Source of the DNA: Tubulanus polymorphus
Taxonomy: Eukaryota > Animalia > Nemertea
Direction: 5' to 3'
Assembly (NCBI RefSeq): GCF_964204645.1
Contig: NC_134029.1
Location: forward strand, 7,156,850-7,220,849
DNA: 64,000 nt
Shown: positions 33,501 through 50,270 of the stretch, piece by piece
Position numbering within the stretch: position 1 is the first letter of the stretch
Layout: every line of letters starts with the position of its first letter
The notes under the pieces: generated by a model
Seen by the model: the letters and a program-made list of their open reading frames with translations, nothing else
The model's database searches: none
Told to the model about the DNA's origin: nothing
Made by a program: the position numbers and the translations under genes

Positions 33501-35711
33501 ACATGGCGTTATAAAGAAATTGGTGTCAAAAAGAATGGTACAGGTATTTTCATTGAATTTCATTTAAATTGGGCAAATTTGTTCTCTGAAAAACGTTGGC
33601 GTTAAGCGAGCAATGGCATAAAAAGGGATGGCATTATAACAGATTTTGACTGTATTAGATAAATACGTTTTTCTTGACATTATCGAGGGGTTTTGTTTCT
33701 AACTTCCGGGAGTTTTCTGATGATAAGATATCAGACAGCCTATGGTACCTTTTATCCTGGGTATCGTCAATAATTTGTCAGCCATCATGTCGTAACTGTA
33801 GAACGTTTTTTGTCGTATCGAGCCAAGAATCACTTGCTGGCCGCATTTTGTAAAACGAGCTGTTTTAATCGGAAATGCTTCGATTCTTAACTTCTTCAAG
33901 CTTTCATATGAAACACCCTTATAGAAATATATATATTATAAAATACATACTTTTATTGAACATAAAAGAGAATATATACGTATTATACAAACAAGAGGAC
34001 TGCTCTTGATTTATGAATAAAATGGGTTGAATATGATACTTGTCCACTGTGTTTTGCGATAAATGTTAAACAGAATACACCAGAAAATTTTAATTTCACT
34101 TGCTTCAATATTTTACCTGTAATAGTTCAAAACCTGCTTCACCCGCTATCAATCTGATGTGTAACGCCGGATGAAATTCCACAGATTCTAACGGCCGCTA
34201 AAAATGAACAACACATGCCAATTCATATAGTGAAAATTCCTTAGCCTTTTATAATAAGCAAATAACAGCCGATAACGAAGTATCTCCACTTTTACTTACA
34301 TGTTGTTTGGCAGTAAATCCAAAACTATTGTGCTGATTATAGTCTAAAGTATGAGATGGTAACGAGACATCTTTTTCTAGATAATTATTAACAGTTCCCG
34401 AATCTTCTTCTATATTCTCTGTAAAATAAACGAATAGGGAACTTCAAAATGTTACTGTGTCAATCATTGAAGATCTTGGTGGAGGTACCAATGCTAAGTG
34501 CCCAGGGATACAACCGTACTGACTGCGCAAGGTTCGAATCCACAACCTGACATCCCCGAGTCAACTACCAACCACTCGCTAATTTGCATAACATTTGGGA
34601 ACTCCTAGAGGGTTCACTTCACTGTAATGAAGTTCGACAAGAGTTTTACTCTTTCTAAACAGTGTTAAATACTAGAGGCTAATATTTACCATCCGCAGTT
34701 GTTTTAAACTCAGCCCAAGATGGGGTTCCACCGGTTACCTTTTCAAATCTAAAATAATCGAAACAACAAAAATGTAATACTTCATAACACTAATAATACA
34801 TCAAAATAGTCATATAAACTGACCACAGTAACCCTCACCTAACTCTGACATGACCAACTCAAACTTTTGACTAACTCTGACAAAAACGAAATCATTTTCT
34901 AACTTCTCAAGGTATTTTCCTATCCTTAAATCGGACTTCGCTTATTTTGTCGGTCCCAGTTTGTCAGAGTTAGGCAAGATTTACTGTCTAATGTCAAAAA
35001 GTACCTTTGCTTTAGACGCTTTTTATATGTCGAAACTGGAAGAATCTCCTCATTTGGTTTCCGAACTTCAGAATATATTTTACTCTTTTGAACATTAACA
35101 CTGAAAAATGATAAGATTTAGCAATGCTAACAATTACACACTGACATAAAAACGACCAGTGCAAATTTTCTAATTCCCTCAACTACGCACTCATTCTATA
35201 CTCATATATACAGCAGCACAGCAATCCAAGAACCCAATGTATAGGCCTATTCTTAACAACTTAGATACGGTACTAATACCTGAATACAGCTTTGTCATCA
35301 TCATCATCATCCCACGCAGGTTTACGGTCAATAACACCAAGCCCCTCCAGTCTATTGCTCGATTCATCTTCTTCAGCTTCCTGTTAACATATTACAAAAT
35401 AACTTCATTTTCCTGCCTAATTTTATGGTAGGTCTACACGATATCTACACCAACACTTGAAACCAGATATAAACTTAAACGCTTAGTATCACATTTACCT
35501 CTAGTCTCTCAACTAAATCATTAGAATCTCCAAATACTAGATCTTCCAAGTGACCATTTTTCTCTTCATCATCCTGAATCAACTGTAAATTGATTTGACG
35601 GATTCCTTTTTCAACAACTGGATTCACGTACGGATTTCTGCTGTTTTCTTCCTTGCGATATTTATTCATACCAGTCGATTTTTCGGACCACTTTCTTTTT
35701 GACACGTCCAT
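30515..35711 (-). CDS. UTP18: U3 snoRNA-associated protein 18 homolog (WD40), about 12 exons
   Basis: LEDLVFGD, GGTPSWAE, FPIKTARF, FKMNGQIDAITF, CVHKFCDDGCVKGTSLAVS, KFNSTCELLAIGS, FANFP, DFSPNSGFLAV, C-terminus RLRHYENY*. Confidence 0.93.
30990..31267. mobile_element. Nested Harbinger-like MITEs (inner copy about 31080-31218 inside a related outer copy)
   Basis: Inner TIR GGGCCGGTTCCATAGTC/GACTATGGAACCAGTCCC; outer GTTGTACAGT/ACTGTACAAC; both share TAAGACCAGTCTAAGACCA. Confidence 0.75.
32277..32440. mobile_element. MITE with about 25-bp TIRs
   Basis: AGGGATCATTCATTTATTACGTATGCAT...ATGCGTACTTAATAAATGAATGACCCCT. Confidence 0.7.
33476..33655. repeat. Dispersed repeat (MITE right part) also present at about 44082-44245
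   Basis: ATGCCACTGTT(T/G)GGACCAATG...TTTTCATTGAATTT...GCAAATTT.TTCTC...GTTGGC shared; ends GATTTTGACTGTA. Confidence 0.6.
34478..34580 (-). mobile_element. Degraded tRNA-derived SINE head
   Basis: Minus strand CGAGTGGTT...GTGGATTCGAACC...GTTGTATCCCTGGGCA has A/B-box-like spacing. Confidence 0.45.
34826..34987. mobile_element. Tc1/mariner-like MITE
   Basis: ACAGTAACCCTCACCTAACTCTGACA...TGTCAGAGTTAGGCAAGATTTACTGT. Confidence 0.65.
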
Positions 35712-35810
35712 TTTATGACTATGAACTTGAAGTTTAATACAATCTATAACTGAAACACATCGAATAACAAATCAGTTACCAGCACATCTTCAGTAGATAC
35801 ATTCTAGGCT

Positions 35811-36204
35811 GTGGTTATTTAACCGGATCCAGTCACCGACTTCTGAAGATATTTTGCCGAATATCGTCTCTAATTGGCTGATTTACTCTGCTCATGCGAC
35901 TTAGAAAATTCGAAGGAAGTGTTGAGAACAGAATTTGAGAAAATAGAGTGGATAGAGCGAGACTCGAACCCGGGCCAGTAAACTACTAGCGCAGCGTCTC
36001 CCCACTAGCACTAGACCACTGAAAACTACCCAAATGTTTTACCTAACCCTCTATCCCTAGCTGTGAACCGGAACCCTCTTGACACTAACCCTATTGAAAC
36101 CCAGACCCTAAAAACCCGGTTAAATGATTTTTTTTGTTATATAATATTTGGATCCGGCAAAATATCTTTTATAAGTCCATAACCGGATCCGGCTAAATAA
36201 CCAT
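35811..36204 (-). mobile_element. TIR element with degenerate TTAGGG tract and tRNA-like core, copy 2
   Basis: The core is the reverse complement of the 25821-26150 core. TIRs GTGGTTATTTAACCGGATCC/GGATCCGGCTAAATAACCA; flanked by TACATTCTA(G/A)GC direct repeats. Confidence 0.75.
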
Positions 36205-37237
36205 TTCCTACATTCTAAGCAGTTGAAAGTTGAAGGTTATGCCTTGGCGTGTTGACCGACTGGCACGGGGCACACCACCAACACCAACGGCAACAGGCCT
36301 TTGAATTGGCTACTTTTGAATCGTTCAAATCTAACCTAATGTTGATGTCAATTGAATTAAGTAGTGCAGAGATATATATTCGACCCTCTGCAAATATATC
36401 CTGTCGTAAGCGGACCACTTATTTAAGATTTTACGGTCAGTGGCCGCAATTTTTAATGAAAGTGTGCGATATTAGAAAAAAGACAAAATTGTTTACTGGT
36501 TCTCCCTAATCTACGGATTACATCAATGATACAGACTCGGACCATTAAGAATTACAACACGGATATGCGAAGTCCAGGAATAATCATATTACCAAGTTAA
36601 CTACAAAAAGCTGCAACTGTTGTAAATTACATAAATGATTTAACCCAGGCATTATGGTTAAATTGAAAACTCCCCTTACTTGGCCTATAGCAGATTAAAT
36701 TTGCCATGTGGAAATCCCAGCTAGTGGTACCTACACTTCTTCACTTTTGAACATTATTCCAATGGTCCAAATTCGCAATTATGCTCAAATCTGCTGAATG
36801 CTGTTTTAGACCTCTAACGTTCTCATTCTAGAGCACAAAGAGTAATATACAATCGTATTGTAGGTATTCCACTGTGCCAGTGACTGCTGTACATGCACAT
36901 GACTTGTATATGCATATTTTGGTGCCATCAGAAAAAATTCCACATATCCTGGAGAGTGATGTTCGACAAGTCCCAGGTTGATGGTAGGGTAGCAGTCACA
37001 CATTATATGGCATTTCTGATCACATCAACTTTGGTGACGTCTCCGAAAGTGTTGGACATTGTTCGAGTGGAGATTTTCAAGAATATGAGCAGACACCTAA
37101 GTAAGAAATTCAGCTGACAAAGAGACTCCGTCCTTTCCGTTCAAATATCAAAATTCATCTATTGACAATACATCTATTTATTATTTACATCAAGAAACAC
37201 GTCTTGCACGGCATTGAATGAAATTAAACATTGTAGA

Positions 37238-41265
<4,028 letters not shown>

Positions 41266-42166
41266 TGCTTCTCTATGACTCCTATGAAAGGGGGCAATCG
41301 GGTTCGAATCCCACATTTTCATCCACTTTTAAACGCTTTTACAAAGACCATATTGATGAATAATTAGAAATTAGATCATATGAAAATATCCGTTCCAACA
41401 CTTTTATGATAATTTATTCTTCATGTAAAACACAAATGATACAAATTATAATATAAATTTGATTTGAATTTTATTGCAGAAGGTCGTCAAGTCAAAGTTG
41501 TTATGCTCTCGGAGTAACAAGATTTTAGTCTTTTTTATCAAGTAATCCCAGTAATCCTCATCTATCTATCTATTCGCTATTCCGCTCGATTGACAGCGAC
41601 AGGTACTTTTAATCAAGATTTAAAAAATTCATTCTTACGCCTGACATATATGTTTGTTTTAGTTATGTATAGTTATTGGTGTCGTTGATCGAGCAAAAAG
41701 TATTCAATCCAATTCAATTCGTGGTTTATTGATCACAAAAACTCCTGTCTGATCATTTAACAATTTAAATCTTTCGGAAAATATTTGTAATTTTTCAATC
41801 GAATATGATTGAACTTAGAATCCCAGTACCAATCCAACATTTACAATATATTCATCATAGTCTTAATAGGCCTATTATAATGTTTTAGTCTAGTGCCGCC
41901 ATTCACAAACGTCAACAGAGGACCCTTTTAAATCTTCATTCTGGTATTCAGACATAGATCATTGTAAGGCGCCAAAGAAATGCAACGTTAAGGAATTTGA
42001 AGGATTGCATATGGTCTAGCGAATAATTAGAGGTCGATTTGGTTGGGTCTGTTAACGTTAGTAAGGAAAAGCTACCGGTACTTGTTAAAAGTCACCACTA
42101 AACCTCAGATATATTTTAAGTTGATCCTCGATTTTTCTTCAGTTGCAGCAGGTTTTCGCAATCACG

Positions 42167-42418
42167 ATGGATTCCGATAAGATGAGCGCGCTGCAGAGAG
42201 ATCCGCAGATGCAGCGTTTCATCCAGGCTGAAACTCAGAAACAACGATTTAACCAACTCGTTCACGGCATTGCCGACGAATGCTGGGAACTGTGTATGCC
42301 CGATAGACCCGGAAATAAACTCGATCGAAAAACAGAATCGTGTTTAACGAACTGCGTCGAACGATTCCTCGACACGACGAACTATGTCGTTAATCGCATG
42401 GAAACTTTTGCGAAATAA
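42167..42418 (+). CDS. TIMM8: Mitochondrial small Tim chaperone Tim8, 83 aa
   Basis: [17 protein letters not shown], twin CX3C motifs (CWELC, CLTNC), VERFLDT; splice acceptors just upstream of the ATG. Confidence 0.95.
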   Translation: MDSDKMSALQRDPQMQRFIQAETQKQRFNQLVHGIADECWELCMPDRPGNKLDRKTESCLTNCVERFLDTTNYVVNRMETFAK

Positions 42419-42960
42419 GATATTAGACTTACTCGAATAAATTCGATCGCCTATGTGGAGTGATTTTCTGATCTTGTTTGAGTACCAGTATTTCGTAATA
42501 AACATTGATAGAGTGATATATGAACATGCATCTTTCATGTCATTCTTATGCTCTTTTTGAATGTGCTCATCTAGGAGAGGGATTATCTACTTTCTTTCAA
42601 TTGCTAGTTAGAGTATCTACAGACTTTTCACTTTATGATGGTTAACTCAGTTCTGATGAAGTTGCCCTACAATACTAGCGTATCTGGGGTACCCGGACAC
42701 TTAAGGTTCTTGGTGAATTTGATGGCAGAAATCTACCGAGAGCAATATTCCGAAGAAAAAAATTGAAGAGGTCCTAGTTCTGAAATTAGAAGACCAGTCC
42801 TCTAATTGTAATTGAAGAGGTTTTTTAAAAAGAATTAATATATTGTGAAAAGAATTAATATATTGTACAAAACAGCAACTGGGCAAAGATGCAAAAGGTA
42901 AACCCTATCTGGCTTAAGGACATCTTAATCAGAACGCATCAAGAAAAACCAGGACTCCTG

Positions 42961-43090
42961 AGGAGCCAGTTGCTCCAAAGTTGGTGAGAGTTTACCAGTG
43001 GATAGTTGCCATAGTGACAATTAAAGTTCATCGTTACTATGGTAATTATCCACTGGTGATCTTATACTAACTTTTTTGCGCACCAAGCCC
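42961..43090. mobile_element. Harbinger-like MITE, copy A
   Basis: GGAGCCAGTTGCTCCAAAGTTGGT...; reverse-oriented relative at 54162-54294. Confidence 0.65.
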
Positions 43091-44461
43091 CAGTACTTCA
43101 GGTTTGAAGTCTATAAGCCAATGTTCGAAAGAAATTTAAACCACAGAGAAATAAAACAATCCTGATATCTTTGATATATACCAATACCGTAGATTTTATT
43201 CAAGTTTATTTGATTTAACAATAGTATGTCACGCGATACATACATACGTATAAACTTTAGAATGCACAAAACACAATTACCCATGTACCCTCTCATAGTG
43301 AACACAAAATAATGGGAACAAACCTGGTCATCAATTGCAATAGACCTGCAAAAAGTTAACCTCAGATCGACAACAGTGAGCTAAAAAGAGCAGAGGTACC
43401 CAGGGGCAATTTTAGGGGATTCTCGGGGGCTCCTGACCGATGCCTTTCAATTGAAGTTGCCCTTGCCCTTGACACATCCTTTCAGAAATTGCATATATTT
43501 TTCAAAAATATCTAAGAATAAGGGTGGGATCCTAATAGTAGCCAATAAGATGGCTGCTTTATCTAAAATATGCTTCCTTCTCTTCTGGACCCTGGCCATA
43601 AATTTCCTAGATCTGCCCCTGCTACCAAAAGTCTAGTGTAGTTAACCTGGCTAATGTCACTCAACTGTTCCTCTGGCCAGACTGTCTAGTGTAAACATTT
43701 TTAATGTAAAATATCAATTACCGGAAAATCTGAAAATTGAACAAGTATCTCCATTTGAACCCAGATTTGGACTGGGCATAAAATGCAGATCTAGTCCAAG
43801 AACACAAAAATCATAAAAACCAATTTAATTGTTTGTGCTCATTAAACTGCAACGATATAATTTTCATAAAATAAAACATTGTACATTGATATATTAAAAA
43901 TATCTGGTTTGTTGCATTCCTTTTGTGCTAAAGTTCATATTGCAGATACATGTATTTACAAAATGTTTACTTTTCGTAAACTAAAGCAAACGTTTTCAAA
44001 TATAGGTATTTACAATGCAAGAACAAAGATATCTGAAACCAGAAACAGCAGTTTTCTGATTTTCACAACTGAAGTATCAATACAGTAAAAGTCCTACGTA
44101 ATGCCACTGTTGGGACCAATGAAAAACTTGGCAATGTAATATATTTGGCGATATATGAAGAATGATATTTTCATTGAATTTGAGTTAGATTGAGCAAATT
44201 TATTCTCATTAAGTGTTGGCATTAAATGAGTCTGTGACTTTTGATATATTATAACTCTAGCATGACATCAAAACGGTACTGTTGATTCCCGCACACCATA
44301 AAAAGGTAGTTCACCTGATCTTCTGACACAGCATTATCTGTTTAAATATCAACTGAAATGTATCTCGTACTTAATACCGTAAAAATAACGTGTATCTCTG
44401 CTTTTTGAGACATTTTGTTTCAGAGTTTCTTAATAGCATTTGACTAGAATTACTACACGAT

Positions 44462-47400
44462 TCAAATAACTATAGGACGCTGCGGCATACAAAGATTATA
44501 ATACGCTTGTTGATTCCAGAAATCCACGCCTTTCCATCCGCACCAACCCTGCAAAAATAAAACTACAGGTTCCAGGGACAGTATTCTCACTTGAAGAAAT
44601 GCTTGACAATCTGACAATCTTTCAATATTCAACACCTCCTGGTCAACACGAGCTTGAAACTTGCCACTATCATAGAACGAAGTTACGAATTTTACCTTGG
44701 TTTGAATAACTTTGATGTCTTCAGATCCTGTGTAGTGTGGATCGAGAATAAGGAATTTCAGATCACCAGTTACCGAGTTATAATTCACGCCTAATATCGT
44801 ATGCGCATACACACCGCCACCTGAATATCAAATCATACTAATTAATCACACACGAAAACAAATACATAACACTTGAAGCAAATACAGGACAGCTTCCTGT
44901 CAGCCTTCGGGCAATCAATGATAAGCAAGTAAAATGAGGCATTTTATGACTTGTAAAGCACTCTTGAGCAGCCTGGCTGGATTTAGCGCTACATAGATCC
45001 ATCATCATCATTATTGATTTCACAGTTGCTTTCTTCATGCCAATTATATGACTAACATTCCTATCATATATACCTTTACCATCATCTAAGTCAAATTAAT
45101 GCTTTTAAGCTCAAATATTTGTTGGAGTATATTCTTTATCTCTTCTAATCTTCAATATTGCTGCATTTAACAGTCAACATTGAAAGCACCAGGGAGACTT
45201 AAATTTAGATTAATTGGAATATAAAGATTTCTCATTACCGATCATAATTGGAGTTCCTTGTGTTTGGAAATGTTGGGCCAATTCTCTGCCTTTATTCGCT
45301 AGTTCAGCGCCGCTACTGACGAACATTATTTTCGATACCACCTACAACAAAACCAATTCAAATCCATTAGACATTATTACTTCCAAAAAATCGAAGAGGA
45401 ACATATCTATATATTGATTTTGAATCATACATCTAGAAAATAGTCCAAACAGTAGCTAACTTCAGTTGACCCTATCCAGCGTTTAGTACCGACAAATGAC
45501 GGTTCTTTGTCCTTCATATCAACTAAAGCCTACAAAATTAAAAGAATGAATTCAATGGAATGCATTTCGTAATTCTGTTTATATCCTGTAAAATCTGTCT
45601 TTGAAAATACCTATGGATCTGGATATCGTTCCAAAATTCTCATCATACCAAGTATATACATGTTTTCAACTACAGGTACCGGTATTCTGTTGTATATACA
45701 TGTTCACAAATACCTTTGAAACTTCTTTTTATACAACATCTTTATCACTTCACAAAGTTTCTTTTTCAAACTTTATAGAAGTGCAATGCAACTTCAAAGT
45801 GCATCATTAAGTGGCACACTCTCTAGTTTTGCTAGAATGATGTATAAGTCGGCACGCAATGTGACAAATTCAAAAGTGATCGACAGCCTTCATCGCAAGA
45901 TGTCGGACACTCCTCCAATCATACAATGGCCACGAATTTAACCGTACTCACCGACTGAATCTCCTGATGGGTAGGAATCGATATATTTGTATAGCCTTGA
46001 TGATTAAACCACGATATCAACGTTTGTAAAGACCGATACGCGCAACCCCAACCATTGTCATCGATGCGATCTTGCATGTAATGATGATATGCGTACAAGC
46101 CATAAACTAGATAATCCTCTCCACCTGAAACATTTTGAAACTATTAATCTCTTACGACTGGACAACAAATAAATCATTTCAGCTTTTCAGACATGAAAAT
46201 TTGTCTGACTTAGGAGTGATACCCAAGCTTAATCCAAGTTAAACAGTCATCCATGTTAGTAGGATGCAACTTACTTCACCTTGACAAATAATATTGTATT
46301 AAGCGTGTACTGAATAATAACACCATAGAACATTTGTTGAAGTACTCCTACTTACTGCTGGGTGAATTGAGTCCCACGTGTGGATTTCGCAACAGTCCAT
46401 CGCTATATGAACCAACTCGGAAACGACATCGATTGCCACGTCTCAGCATCGGTCGGTCAAGTGGTAGTAAAAATTTCTCGTGAAGCATTTTTCTGTAGTT
46501 TTCTATATTTTCATGCGCAAAAAATTAAAATGATAGTAAAAAGCTAAATATAGTGGAAAAAATACTGGTTTTCAGAATTACAATTCCGTCATTGATCACT
46601 TCATATTTAGATGAACTTTTTACCAATTGAGTTAACCCTAGGCTTTAGGTTAGAATTGGTTCATGAAACCAAACCCAAACTGGCTGGGATTTAATTCTCA
46701 GTTATACCTAGCTGGTCGTCGTCTTCTGATGTATCTGGGTAAACTACGGTTAGAAATTGACCGTCAGACCACGGTTGAAAGTGATGGACGACTGGTTTGC
46801 GAATTTCACCCTATGTGACAAGAAATTCATTGTAAACATCATGAAATAAGAAGTACATAAAACTCAAATTAGCAGCTACCAACACCTTTTCACAAACACC
46901 AACAGAAATACATTTGTTCTAACACATTTACTGCCACTTTTTGTCAAGGTGGCCGACTATTTGTAACTATTCTTTACTTAATACTTTACTATATTTTACA
47001 TAGTCTTGGATTGAGATAGTGGCAAGCATGAAGCAGATACTCACATTATAAAACTGGCACATACATCGACCCATGCTGGCCAGCTGATCTGTTACGCCCA
47101 TAATCAATTCAGATGCTAAATTACCAAGTGGTTCCTCAGACGGAATGGAACAAATTACGTCCAATGGCAAATTGACGGAGAACATTTTCTTGGATGCTTA
47201 AGAAAGATCAATACATTTATATGATTAATGAACAATACATTAATATAATAAACGTACACATACGTATTGATAACATATCAACAGCCAAGACTACTATCTT
47301 CTATGCTTTTTACGAATACGGTTTCAACTGTGAACATACCTTGATCCTGATTTATGATAGGTGTATGAGATGGTACGACCCCCATGTCATTTTCAGCAGA

Positions 47401-49975
47401 AAATCTTTCTAACATCGACACATAGATCACCTCCTGTAATAACAAACTCGTACTGATGGAAAATTGACTAGCTTTTCAACCGCTTTATGAGTACAAGTGC
47501 ATTTTATGTTTTGAATTGTCATACCGGTATTAAGTGTATTTATTTGTCACGAATTTCATATAGACAGTGCTTTGGATTATAAAGATCTAATCCACCCTTC
47601 CCACCAAAAGAAGTGAGAGCTCAGTCCTGAGTTAATATTGTCTAAAATAACTGAAGCCTTATTAAGATCGACCTTAATCTGTTAGCTGGGTTACACACTG
47701 AAATGTAGGAACAAACTAAGCTTAGGCTTGTCTTAGAGCTAAATGATGACGAATAGAACAAGGGATGTACTTTTTTCCGATCTTTTTTCTTTTTTCGAAC
47801 GATTTCAAAACCGTCGTTGTCCTCTTCGATAATGATGTAGTCGCACAAATCAGCGCAGGCGGTCCCGCTGTGAACTTCAGCGGACACGACACCTCCCGCG
47901 TGAAACAAGATGTTACTGTTATTAATTCGAAATACGGTCTGTGTACCGGCGGTTATTGAATCGATCAACAGTTGAAGTTGGTTGGCGATTCTTCGCATTA
48001 CGCTATCTGAAAATGTAGAAGAAACACCCGCCACAGATGAATGATACAGGGTTAGAAGTTGGGGTAAACTGCGAAATTAAATGGTTAAATTATTGTGAAT
48101 ACTGGCATTCAAAATGCTCTTAAAATGAGATCATCATGCTGGTTATCTTTGCTTTTACTGCGCTCAATGAGAAATGAAAAACCAATCAGATGGATGATGC
48201 ACACTTAAAAGCCAACATAGGCTGCAAGGTGATCCTTATTAAGTTTGACTTGATCATTGTGAATACTAGCACTATAAATACTCTTAAAATCGATGAGATA
48301 ATCGTTCTGCTGGTTCTTACCTTTGCTTTTACTGTGTTCAACAAGGAAGGGTATTGTGCCCTGAACTCTCATCGTGATAAAGTCACTTGTGACTGGGCTG
48401 TTAACAATTTCAACGTCGGCTTCAGTAGCGTCTCGATTGTCCAAATGATACCAGAACATCTCCTCTATCGATACCGAATTGTCGTCTTCGTTTTGAAGAA
48501 TCATGGTAAAAATATGATCGGGCCAAGAGTGTCCCTATAAAATATGACAAAAAAGTTCTAAAAATATAACATTCCAGCAAGGGACTGTTATCTATGGTCA
48601 ACCTTGGTTAATCTGTATAACTGATAAGCTTTCTGGTACTGATTAAGTGATGAACCAAGCTTTTTAGAACGGATTAATTGATGTATGAAGATAAACTATA
48701 GGCTAGCTCAATAAAATAACTTTGAAATAAGGTGTATATCATCTGGTTTACAAATGTTTAAATTGTCATGTGACTACATTTAACGGAGGAGGTCAAAGAC
48801 AGTAGGCACCTGTTATTTTGTTTTTTATGTGGAATAAGCACTTAATACATTTTAAGCAGGCACAGATTAACCGAGGCCGACTGTAGTTAATCGGTACTAA
48901 TCAATAATGATCCAGTGTCTATCAATTGCAGCTTTTAAATTAAGGAAGAAGCTGTCGAAATATTTTCGTAATAACTTACTTGGACAGTTTTTGTACCTCG
49001 CGCAATGGCTAGTCTGATATCCCTAAGCGCAGTATTGACATCCATTTCATTCGGACGGAGGAAAAAAATTCCACATACTTTTGAACCTAAAAAAATGAAA
49101 CTTTTAAATTAAACAGAGAAGAATCCTGGAGGAAAGTTGAATACTAATTTGCTCATTAGAGATTTTGTTTTATGATGTACCGGCCATATTGTCAATCCAG
49201 AAACCAATATTGCCAATTCATCCATTGTGGCAACTAGGAAGGATGATTGCAGCAGTGAACATTGTTGGGTTTAAGCATCCTTTAAGCACTGGTACAATTT
49301 TACCAAATTCATCCTAAGGACTTGAACTCAAAGTCAAACCAGACTTCATGATCGCAGATATTTCAACAAACCATATTGATCGGTGTAGACCTATCTGATT
49401 ACGAAAGCAACCCCAGACGATTAGGTGGCCAACAAATTCTTCTGACCTCAACTTACCCACCGGAATGTGTCCAGAAACTTCTTGAAGATTATGCTGAATG
49501 GCTTCGACGGTGGAATGTAAACATCTGTAACAGCCTGTAACGGTGAGGCAGTCCTCCGTCCAGTGTCCGAGCAGGAAACCGATAGCTTTCTGTGAGCCAT
49601 CACCATTTTTCAGACCATCTTCTAAACGCTAGAATATTTAAATCGAAAATCATACCATAGAATTCCAGTTTAGATGTGCGGCATGTTTCAATTACTCTAT
49701 TCAAAACACATGATATCGATAATTTGGTTCTTCTTTCAATGGTTTCTGTCGCTACTTATTACGACCGAAATCATCGCCCGAAAAAAAGCGAAGAATATCC
49801 TCCCAAAAATCTGATCTGTGAATATTTAAAACTTGGACGCTGGTTTCATTAGGTAAACTTACAAATTAGTTCATCGGAAAAATGTAAGGGAAAAGAAAAT
49901 TGCAAACGAATATACCAGAAAACGGCAATATTTTACCTTTACTACGGCAGCTGTCAGTTTTATGGGCGCGGCCAT
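44462..49975 (-). CDS. UFSP2: Ufm1-specific protease 2 (multi-exon)
   Basis: [21 protein letters not shown] (catalytic Cys), [51 protein letters not shown]. Confidence 0.95.
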
Positions 49976-50270
49976 ATTGGAAAAATCACCGGTCGCGAAT
50001 AAATACAAAATCCTAACTAAGACTTGAATACTTAAAACTACGTCAAAGGTCACATTTTTACGTACTTAAAACTAAAACAAGTTATTATAGAATATATTGT
50101 TTGCATAATTCGATTTTTCCATCATCTTCGTTTATTCATTTAGGGCCAATTTGCGCGTGTAGAGATACAAATCGGATGCGCTTCGGCTCTCCGGCGGAAA
50201 TCTTAAAATTTGTTTAGGCCTATGTTTTGATAATTTCGAATGTCTTTAAGTCCCGACTGGCGCCGGTAAG

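Noticed and set aside
36780-37140. Coding-like segment between UTP18 and PSMC3
   Set aside because: Only short frames, no recognisable motif in the frames I translated.
44549-44695. UFSP2 last intron is 147 bp, in frame and stop-free (retention adds 49 aa)
   Set aside because: With dozens of short introns in the window one such case is plausible by chance, and the insertion would fall in the catalytic domain.
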